From contig RBNJ01000039.1 of assembly GCA_003990765.1 (NCBI GenBank), positions 1-48,091 on the forward strand: a DNA stretch of 48,091 nucleotides, read 5' to 3'. The notes below the pieces were generated by a model. That model was given only the letters and a program-made list of their open reading frames with translations. It was not told where the DNA came from and did no database searches. Each line of letters begins with the position of its first letter. The stretch's first letter is position 1. Both the position numbers and the translations under genes were made by a program. Below are positions 24,848 to 35,948 of the stretch, one piece after another. This DNA is from Jimgerdemannia flammicorona (taxonomy: Eukaryota).

Positions 24848-27800
24848 TAGTGCTCTAAATGAGTCAATTCAAATCAAATCTGGATTCAATTTGTCACATA
24901 ACAGTTTGATCTGAATCTCAAATCCAAAGCTATCCAAATCAATTCAGATTAATCTGAATTGCTCCATCTGAATTGTCCTATCTGAATCATCCATCCAAAC
25001 TATTCCAACTGAATTACTCAATCCAAATCACTCAATCTAAATTACTCAATCTGAATCCTTCAATTTGAATCCTCTAATTCAAATCCTCTAATTCAAATCC
25101 TTCAATCTGAATCCTCATCTGAATCCTTCAACTGAATCCTCCAATCCAAATCCTCCATATAACTCATATGCTGGACATGTCCATATATACAATACATACA
25201 CATATAAACATATATATATATATAAACACACATGTTGACAGATCAGTCTTCAATAGTTCACAGTACCAATGATGCTTCAAGTCAAACATCTCTGATAGTT
25301 TCACATCTTTTATACAATCCTTGCTCAAAAATCTGACAACATTGTACTAAGATAGGAGATGATGTTGTTTGTAATTATTGTAGATAAAAAATTAAGATAC
25401 ACCTATTGATATAACTGACACTTTTTATTTGACACACACATGATACTGTTTCATTCACCCCCATAAACTGCACTAGCCAGAAGTTCAAAATGCTTGGTGG
25501 TATGACTTTGAATATATATTGACATATAAAAGACAAGCACTCTGACAAAATCAAAAAAAATATAAAGACAAATAAAATTGATATCTAAGCTATAGTAGGT
25601 ACATTTATCCAATTGTCTGACTATTTCTGTATCAATAACTCTATTTAATCAAAAATATTTAGCCATACTCTTTGGCAGAATTTTGAAATTGGCTCATTTG
25701 CTAGATTGTATATACAGACCAGCCATTCACAATTATCAAGAGTGATCAATTATATAGTATCTTTGGCCTTCTCAAGTATGATTTATATTTGCCAAGTACC
25801 AATACTATTTGCAAAGATGTCCTGGAGGCCTATAGGAAGAAGCATGATAATCTCTGTCAAATACTTCAGGTAAAATAAGAGTAGTATCATGACCTTTGCA
25901 AGCTGAATTATATATATATTTATAAAGAGCTCACCAATTTAACCTTACATTCAATAAGCAGAATTCAGCAGATAAAATTTTGTTTACAATCAACACATAG
26001 GTATCCCCCAATGTAATTTCATTTCTGAGTATTACTAGTTATTAGATTGACCTCAATTGGTAGCTTAAATCTCTTACTCTTGACTTTGTCAAACTTGCTG
26101 GCCCTCATTCTGAAGACAACATTACAGATGCTTTTATTAGTTATATCCAGGAGCTTGAGATCACAACCAAGGTAAAAAAGGAGGACTTGCCATTAGGTTG
26201 ATATTTTGAAAGAGATTCTAAAACAAAACAGATTTTATTGGTTATTTATTTTTATATAAATTTGCTGACTGAATATTTCAAGTACAGATTTTGGCTATTA
26301 CAATAGATAATACTACAAACAACTCAATATTTTTCCAAGTTTTAGTAGCTAGCCTCAAATAGAAAAATATAGTCTTCAGTACAGAAAGCTGCTGTGTATG
26401 ATGCCAGGCCTATATACTAAACCTCACTGTTCAGGACTATCTTATGTATATAGACAAAACATCTAAGAGAGGAGGAGCCCTGAGTATAATTTCCAAAGCT
26501 ATACAAACTGGTTATATCAGTTCAATCATCTCTACAATAATGAGACAAATTTGCTACATATATAGTATAAGACAATCAGTTTAGTTCCAAAAGTGCTTAT
26601 ATTGGATATCTATATGCATTAGAACTCACCATTTGCAATAATCCAGCATATACTGAAGTTTGCTATAGTATGTGTTCTTTTTTTCTTTGGTTGGCTGAAG
26701 TAACTTATTTCAGATGATTGAAGATTTATTTTTTTAAAAAAAAAAATAAAAAAAGCCAATAGATTCAATAGTGACTGCTGATAAGAAAATATGAGATAAG
26801 GCTTTAGGTGAAAGTAAGTGGAATGTACTTAGGAATGTTGTCAGAGTTTTAGAAGTAAGTAGTGATTACTCTAGCTCTATACTCATTTTGTCTGCCTCTG
26901 TACAATGTAACACCTCACTATATATAACTGCTAGTATTTTAATGATTGTATGAAAGATTTAGTCAAAAAAACAACTCTGACAATAAGCTCTACAATACCA
27001 GTATATAACCTTCTGATTGACTGGCTAGAGGATAAGCTTGAGGCTGGAGGGTTATAGTGATTTATGGTTAAGCCTGGATCAGAGAGATGCTATAGAGATT
27101 GCTCTAAGTAAGCTCAGAAAATACTACTCCAAAACAGATACTACTGTATACTCAATCAATATAGGTATGTTGATGTTGATATGTGGCCCTTGCCCCTTCC
27201 AAAACAGAGAAACCCCTGCAAAAACTTACTCTCTTTTCTTCAAACAGTGCTGGACCCATACTTAAAGCTATAATATTATAAAGATTAGAGCTGAGAGCAG
27301 CACTTTATTGAGAGAACCAAGCAGGCTATAATTGAAGTATATCAGAAAAACTATATGCTGCTATAAGGTTCTAGTCAAAGTCTAGACGAATATGCTGAGA
27401 GATTCCTCTTGTCCCACATTTACTTCAGCAGAAAGAGGAAGAGGGAGTCATTAGTGAAAGAGCTGCCATCAATAGATGAACTTATCATTTACCTTACCAG
27501 CAACCATATGATCCTGCTGGAGGGCATGGAGGTGCTCAACTGGTAGAAGGTGGGTTGTCAGGTGAGTATTGGACCAATTTAACCCACCAATCTAACCACT
27601 ACTCTACCCACTGGGGTGTGTAGCTACATCAAATGAACTTCCCCAGCCTATATGGTATGACTTGGGACTACCTGGCAATTTCTGCCTCCAGCACTCCCAT
27701 CAAGTGAGTGTTCTCAGATGGAGTAAACCTTATTGCCCCAAAGAGGTATGTGCTGAATACTGAGATAATCCAGGCATGTATATATCTGAAGTCTTGGTGG

Positions 27801-30800
27801 AACTCAGGCCACTAAAATTTGGTGAGTCCTGGGAGTTTATAGATAAGTTGGTTGGTCTTGTGGAATATTTAATACCTTTCAAAAATAATAAAAAGGGAAA
27901 AAAACCCTGAGAACTTGGCCTGAAGTTTGTGGCCCAAGTGGAGCAGTGGTTGGCAGGATTGGTAGCAGTAGTGGAGGGAGTGTGCAAAATTTATGGCCCT
28001 CCACCAGCAACAAGGGGCAGACCCAAGCTGTCAGTGCTCAGGTTAGTGGGCAGGTCAGTGGATGGGTGTGGGTCAGCAGAAAGAGTGTGCAAAATTTGCA
28101 GCCCTCCACTAGCAATAAGAAGCAGCTCCAAGCCACAAGTATCTGGGTTGGGGGAGGGTTGGCAGAGGGGGGGTAGGCAGAGAGAGCATGCAAAATTTGT
28201 GGCCCTCCACTGACAGCAAGAGATAGCCCCAAACTGCAAGTGTCTGAGATGGATGGGGCAGGTAGAGAGAGTATGCAAAATTTGCAGCCCTCTGTCAGCA
28301 GCATAGAGGTAGCCCCAAGCTGCCAAGAAGTCTGAGTCTGGGTCAGAGGGTGCTTCTAGTAGTTAGAGGGTGCTTCTGGTGATTGGAGGGTGCTTCTGAC
28401 AGTTGGAGGATATTTTTGGTAGTTGAAGGGTATTTCTGGCAGTCAAAGTCCACTACAGATTCAGACCCCATTGCTGGTTTGGGTCCCATAGACACCCTGG
28501 CCCTATGCCATAGTATTGCACTAGTGGTACTACAGAGTAGAGCCAAGGAGCTGGTAGGGCTCTGCATAATGGCTAAACTAGTGCTACAGAAGAGGTGTCT
28601 GGCCCAACCCCCTATAAAAGACTACTTAACCTGTATAAAATAACTACCCAACCCTCACAAAAGATTGCCTAACCTTCATGAAAGATTGTCTAACTCTCAT
28701 AAAAACTGCTCCACCCACTGGTCCCAGGCCTTGATGAGCCTATCATCCATTGTGAGTATGATGACTGTTATGTCTGAGCTCTCCTTAAAGGTGATGGTGC
28801 CATAGTGATTATGTGGTTAGAATAGGACAGCTGTGTTGACCACAAATGGGACTCTGAAACTATAGGTGAGGTTGTACCAGACTCTGCCACTAACCTCTCA
28901 GGTTGGGCTCTTCCTTTCTGGGATGTAAAACATTACTAGGGTGATATTATTATCTGTATATAGACAGAGAAACATTGTATCTGATATATCCTGATGTGAC
29001 ATAAGCATATAGTTGGGTGAACCCTTGGCCCAGGACCTTATACTGCCAGGCTGTACTGGTGGATGCCTGCCCTTGGTCCAGCCCTGGGAGCCCCAGCTTG
29101 GAAACCTGTCAAAACAGATGGCAACTAGTCAGTCCTTTTTGTATATGGGGGGGCAGAAACCCCCCAGACCACAGAAACCCCCTGGGCTGCAGCACTCAAA
29201 AAAAGTAGAGCTCCTCACCTCATATAGTATGCTAAATTGTGTCAAGAATATACATATAGCTGCACTGAGATCACTACTAAGCTGGCCTACTGTATGCTTT
29301 ACCAATCTGCTCAAAGAACTCCAGATTATAGTTACTATTGCCATATAGGCCATATTATGCTTACATATAGTTTGCTCTTTGATGGTACTTCTAAAGTTCT
29401 GGTAGAGGTACAGAATCTTGTGCATCTCTGGAATTATATCAAAAAGAGTATGTTAGCAAAGAGTGTGATTTATCTGGAGAGGAGTAAAAAAAAGAGAGAT
29501 GAGTGGGGGGGATTTTGGAACTCCAGAACCCACCCTTCACCAGTGTTGCAGTATACCCAATTCCCATCCAAACCCCCTCTTCTTGCTTTTTTCATCCCCT
29601 CTTTTCTACCACCTAGTATTTGATGCAATCCTTTCAAATATTGTTGATGTGGCAGCAAAGCTTATTACCATAGAGGTTTCTTATCACCATTATAACCACC
29701 TCTCTGTATTTGTTATGTAATAATGATATAGTTCTCTTTATCATTGGTTACTTCTGCTGGCCAATAGATCCCTTGGTCAAGAATAATTGGCTCTGATTCG
29801 AATATAGACCCCCAAGCCTTAATAACAATACTGGTACTGCTCATACTGAATATCTTGCCCTCAAATTTCTCTATTTGATCAGATACTGGACATGATTGAA
29901 CTCAAGTAACTTTGAACTCTCCTTTCCAATAGAACTGAGTCCTGATCTGAGGGACTGAGATAAGTATACAGACAGGTTATATGCAGATGGGTTGTATATA
30001 GGCAAGTTGTATACAGATAGGTTGTGTGCAGATATGGGTGTTTTTTAGAGGGAGACTATGTAAAAAATGAAGTTAAATAAAACACAGAGATGGGTATTTC
30101 AGAAAAAGAGTATGAGTGAGTGAGTGAGTGAGCTACATGCTAATAAGTTATATGCTGATGAGTTGTACAAGTTGTATGAGTTATACAAGATTGCTCACAA
30201 AGGCTTACTTCTGTTCTTTTTAAGACCTCTGCTATGTGATGCATTGACTCAATAGCTCAGTCACCAAAGGCATATCCTACAATATCCACCAGCCTTTCTT
30301 TATCTTGACCAGATATTGTGAATAAAGTTGGCAGATCTCACTGTAGAGCTGTAGACCCTAAGAAAAGTATGAGGTGAATTAGATCATGCTGGAGAAATTT
30401 AAATAAATACAAGTAAACAAGTGGTAGCCAAGTGAGCAATCTACATCTACTATCAGCTGCTCCAAAAAGGCTGCCACATACATAGCTGTAAGGTCTGTGA
30501 ATTCTGAGATCTGAAGGACCACCATGAGTTGTTGCCAGAATTCTCCCATTGCCACTACCATTGCCACCACCATCACTATCACTACTGCTATTATCACTAC
30601 TGTTGCCCCTTTGGCTCTTAATGAGTAGCTTGTATGCTGTCCATATGAGAAAAAAAATCTAACATTGTCAGTAGAGAGTGCATTTCCACCTTGAATACTC
30701 TCTCTTTTAATGATCATTGCAGGGTAAAAAATGAGTAGACTGGACCAATATACAAATTAAGGGCTGCTGTTTTGTTTGCTCATGATGTAGCAGAAAAGAA

Positions 30801-32114
30801 CAAAGAAAAAGAACAAAGACTAGATAAAAGAAGAGAGGGAACAAAAGGAAAGGGTAATATTACTAAAGTATAGCAAGAAAAAAAAACAAGAGTAAAATAA
30901 ACAAAAGAAAGAGTGATGTTACCAAAGATTTCAATCTGGATGGATCAATCTGGATAGATCAATCTAGATGGATCAATCTGGATGGATCAATTTGGATCAA
31001 TCTGGATCAATCTGGATCAGATCACAAGACCAATCTGAGTTGATTTGAATCTATCACATGATGAATCGAGTGAGTAAGTTGTATGCTAATGAGTTATATG
31101 AGTTGCATAAGATTACTTATAAAGACTTGCTTCTATTTCTTTTGAGATCTCTGCCACACAATATATTGACTCAATAGCTCAGTCACCAAAGACATATCCT
31201 GTAATGTCCACCAGCCTTTCTTTATCTTGACCAGATGTTGCAAATAAAGTTGGCAGATTTTGTCATAGAGCTGTGAACTCTAAGAAAAGCATAAGGTGAA
31301 TTCAATCATACTAAGGGAAATTAAAAAAGTAAATACAAGTAAACAAGTGACAGTAGAATAAGTGATCTACATCTACTATTAGCTGCTCTAAAAAGGCCAC
31401 CACATATATAGCTGTGAGATCTGTGAATTCTAAGGTCTGAAGGGCCACTATAAGTTATTATCAGAATTCTCTCTCATCTCTCCCATCACTACTACTATCA
31501 CCATCACTACTACCATTACCACTGCTATCACTCCTTTGGCTCTCAATGAGTAGCTTGTATGCTGCCTATATGAGAAAGAATCTAACATTATCAGTAGAAA
31601 GTACATTTCCATCTTAAATACTACTCTCTCTTTTGATGATTATTACAGGGTAAAAAAAATGAGTAGACTGGACCAATATATAATTAAGAGCTACTGTTTT
31701 GTTTGCTTGTGATACAGTAGAAAAGAAAAAAAACAAAAAAAAAGAACAAAGAAAGAATAAAAGAAGAGAAGAAACAAAAGAAAGAGTGATGTCACCAAAG
31801 TGCAGCAGGAAAAAAAATAGAGTGAAAAATAAATAAAAGAAAGGATGATGTCACCAAAGTGTGGTAGGAAAAAAAATAGAGTAAAAAATGAACAAAAGAA
31901 AGAGTGATGTCACCAAAGTGCAGTAGGAAAAAAAATAGAGTAAAAAATGAACAAAAGAAAGGATGATATCATCAAAGATTTTATATGATCAATCTGGATC
32001 AATCTGGATCAATCTGGATCAGATCATGAGATCAATCCAAGTTGATTTGAATTCATCACATGATGAATCTAAATCAAATCTCATCTGGATCAATTTCATC
32101 TATTTGGAGCACTA
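24848..32114 (+). mobile_element. hAT transposon copy 2 with duplicated right arm
   Basis: Left TIR TAGTGCTCTAAATGAG at 24848; collinear with copy 1 (transposase relic ~25260-27815); right arm present twice (~30120-31067, truncated before the TIR, and 31068-32114, ending GGAGCACTA); no matching TSD. Confidence 0.92.
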
Positions 32115-33346
32115 GATATATATCTATGATATATGTAATCTAGTTCAATAATAATAAAGCAGAAGACAATGATCTTTCTGATATCAATATAACCTTCAGC
32201 CAAGGATCTCTACTAATATTGATCATCCCACCAATCTTGCTGATGAACTTATAATAATTTATAACTATATATAAGATCTATTAGAATAATGATCACTGGT
32301 ATAGATACTAACCTATATTTATATATAACTACTTTAACTATGATAAGGAGACCAGAGAACATAATCTATACCTCTAGACTATCCTTGAGATAGAATTAAC
32401 AACTTCACTTTCTGAGTATAAGTAAAATAAAAAATAGTTACTAGTATATTACAACCCTATAATATATAGTACTATAATCTATCAAAGATATACTGATAGT
32501 GAATCTGATGAAAGTGAAGATGATATACTCCTTCTCTACTCACCAATACTATACTCAGCATACAAGACAGATGATGCCATTCTGTGAGATAGTGATATAG
32601 TTCTAATATATTACTATATAAAATAAATAGAGAGATATAATTTAAAAACTACTCTTTCTAGATATATAACTACTTTATTAAAGATGATATCATTGATAGT
32701 GATCTTATTAAAGAATATCCAGATAGTGTCTAAACCTATAAATAGCATAACACTCATTAGTATAGTTAGATTAGTCTTATACTATATAACTGTATTCTGA
32801 CTTATTAAAGTACTAAGTACTATATTCACATTTAGCATAGTCTAAATAGTCTCCTATTAGTATAAATACATACTCTCCCAGACCTTAGAAACTCAAACAA
32901 AAATATAGACATAAACACTTCCTTATACAAATATTCCCTCACATACTACTCTTAGTATTAGTCAATAATAATATTATAAATAATGAATAAACCTATTTAA
33001 TAACTCACAAACTACTCTTAAATAAACCTGTCTCATATTAAGTCTCACTCTTAACTAGATTCTGAAATTTTCTAATTGAGTATTATCTGCAGTGATATGC
33101 TAATTCAACTAAGCTAGTCTTAATTTCTCAAACTTTCTGAAATATAGAAAATCCTGAATATTCAAAATAGTCTAAGAAAGAACTTTAGTTGAGATATCAA
33201 TCTAATATTGAAATTAATAAGTATAGAGGATATACTCTATATGAAATTGATCTTAACTTAAGAAAACAGTCTTTCAGAATTTTTAAAACTTCCAGAAAAC
33301 TCTTTCAGAATTACATAATAGTACTCTAAGAAAGTACTCTCTTATA
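32115..33346 (+). mobile_element. Truncated, heavily mutated LTR of family B
   Basis: ~32650-33346 aligns by eye to ~11470-12216 and ends in the same CTCTTATA terminus; assignment of the 5' part is less certain. Confidence 0.75.
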
Positions 33347-33412
33347 GTTACTTTAGGCCTACTAGAATTACCAGTCTTAGCTACTTTCTCTTAAAGAAAC
33401 TAAAATCATTAT

Positions 33413-33966
33413 ACTATCAAGATAATATCTGCCATAACTTCAATAGCTATGTATCACTAGTCTAATATCTGACTAATCTACTATAATTACTCTTCTATCT
33501 ATCTATGATAATCATCTTCTCTCTTATTCTGATACTATCTAAAAAACAGTCACCTACATCAGAACTATGCTTGCTAGGAAGCTCACCAAAGCTCAGAGGC
33601 CTCTACTATAGATATTGATAACCTGCAGGTAATCTATACTGGGACTTGATGCCCAGGATCAGCTGACTCTCTATATAGCCCATAATATATCATAACAATA
33701 TCTTATTGATGATGGCAAAGGAAGAAGGTGTCACACCAAAACAGGTTCACCCCAGATATAGCCAAAGATACCAGAAACTATAAAAAAGTAGAAAAAGTAC
33801 CAATCTGATACCAATAAAGGGACAACTCATCACTATTGCCTCCCTCCCACTATCCTGCAACAGGTACAGCAAACCAACCTGAGGTAGAGGGAGTAAAAGT
33901 TGTAAAAAAGGAACTCAGAAGGTTGTCTACCAAAATCTTGTGACCAGTATGGTAGTGGAGAAAGAT
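33413..33966 (+). repeat. Dispersed repeat (unclassified TE fragment) with an inverted copy at ~45700-46450
   Basis: Example: GTTGTCTACCAAAATCTTGTGACC (33922) is the reverse complement, with transitions, of AGTTATAAGATTTTGGTAGACAAT (45730). The continuation at 46496-46570 matches 18441-18515. Confidence 0.75.
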
Positions 33967-34183
33967 CGTATATCTAAGGTTTCAATATGGAATACCTAAC
34001 CAGTTCTGTGCTTCGTGTTTCCGTGCTTCTGTTGTACACGTTATACATAAATTGGAAATTTGAATCATTAGGGCACATTCATTAAGATAAGCAGTCCGTG
34101 TACTACGCACTTCCGCTTGGCTACTTTGTAAATCATAGTCGTCTTCACATTGACATCCTTCATCTACAACAGTACATTCAGTT

Positions 34184-35883
34184 ATGGAACAGAAGAACAA
34201 ACCAGGTATTAGCTTCTTGGTCAAAGATGTGGATTCGTTTCCCAAGAAGTCAAGCCTGGACCGATGGTCATTTTGTTCGCTAACTCTGTGAAACTGACCT
34301 CGTTCCAAGCAGCCAACCCTGAATCTGGAGGCAGTATGCCGACCAACGTCGCGGAGACAGCTCCTTTTCAAGTAGTCAAGACGGAGTCGGACGTCAGTTT
34401 TTTGGCCAATGCCGTGGAGACGGTTCCTTTCGGGGAAGTCGTGCCATATTCGGATCTTACTCAACTTGCCAGTACGTGCGTTTGGTCTGATAGAGATGAG
34501 CTTTACAATAGTCTGTGACATATATTCTTGTTAAAATCATTTTTCGGACAAAAGCACCCTCATTTGATTTAATTCTGTGTTAATATCAGTTTACATGTTT
34601 CCTTTATCTAGTTTCAGAAAAGCAAATCGGTGATAAGGGTGTCCCCATCTTGACTGATACTCTTAAGAACACATCCCTGGCAGAATTGAGTCTAAGAGGT
34701 CAGTTATAATTGTTTGAAGTGTTGTTTACAGCTGTGTGATAAGTTCCAACCCAGAACCTATGTCTGTTTCTTCATCCATCCCCTGTTCACCAACAGAGAT
34801 CGATTTTAGCGCCGAGAGGGCACATGTACTGGCCGAGGTTCTGAAGAAGAACACGGCTCTAAGAGCGCTGCATTTCGATTGTATGTTTTAAACATGTGAG
34901 ATGTTGATTGCAGCTATGTGATGAGTTCCCATTGGTAACATGTATGTGTTTGCCCATCCATCCTCTGTTCATCTTCAGACAACAACATCAGCGGTGAGGG
35001 AGCACTCGTACTGGCTGAGTTTCTGAAGCAGAACACTACCTTAACTACGCTGCATCTCAACGGTATGTTTGAACTCTGTGGGCTGTTGGTTGCAGCTGTG
35101 AATGAGTTCGAGGCGTGTTTACTCATCTATCCTTTATTCATCCTTAGTGAGCGGAATTGGCGCCAAGGGAGCACTTGCGCTGGCCGAGTCTCTGAAACAG
35201 AACACGACCCTAACTGCGCTGATTCTCGAATGTATGTTTGGACTGTGCGAACTGTTGTTTGCAGCTATGTGCTGAATTTTAACTCACGACCTACGCGTGC
35301 TTACTCACTTATCTTTAGCGGACCTAATTGGTGCTGAGGGAGCACTCGCACTGGCCATGTCTCTGAAACAGAACACGACCCTGACTTCGCTGAGTCTCCG
35401 AGGTATATCTGAGCTGTGTGACATGGTGTTTGCTGCTGTTTGATGAGTTCCAAATCACCCTGGTATTTTTCTCACCCACTTCCTCTTCATCAGATAATCA
35501 ATTTGGTGCCGAGGGAGCGCGCGCACTGGCCGAGGCTCTGAAGCGGAACACCTCCTTGACTACACTGGACATCATAAGTACGATGTCTTCACCAAATAAC
35601 CAAATTGGTGCCGAGGGAGCACTCGCGCTGGCCGAGTGTCTGGAACAAAATACGACCCTGGCTGCGCTTAATCTCAATGGTATGGTTGAAATCTGTAAAC
35701 TGTTTCTTGCAATTATGTGATGGATTCCAACTGACGACTTGAGTGTGTTTGCTCATCCATCTCCCATTCATTCATCTTCAGGTAATGATCTTGGCGATAA
35801 CGGAGCACTTGTGCTGGCCAAGTCTCTGAAGCAAAACACGACCCTGACTGTACTAAATCTCCAGGGTATTTTTGAACTTTGTG

Positions 35884-35948
<65 letters not shown>

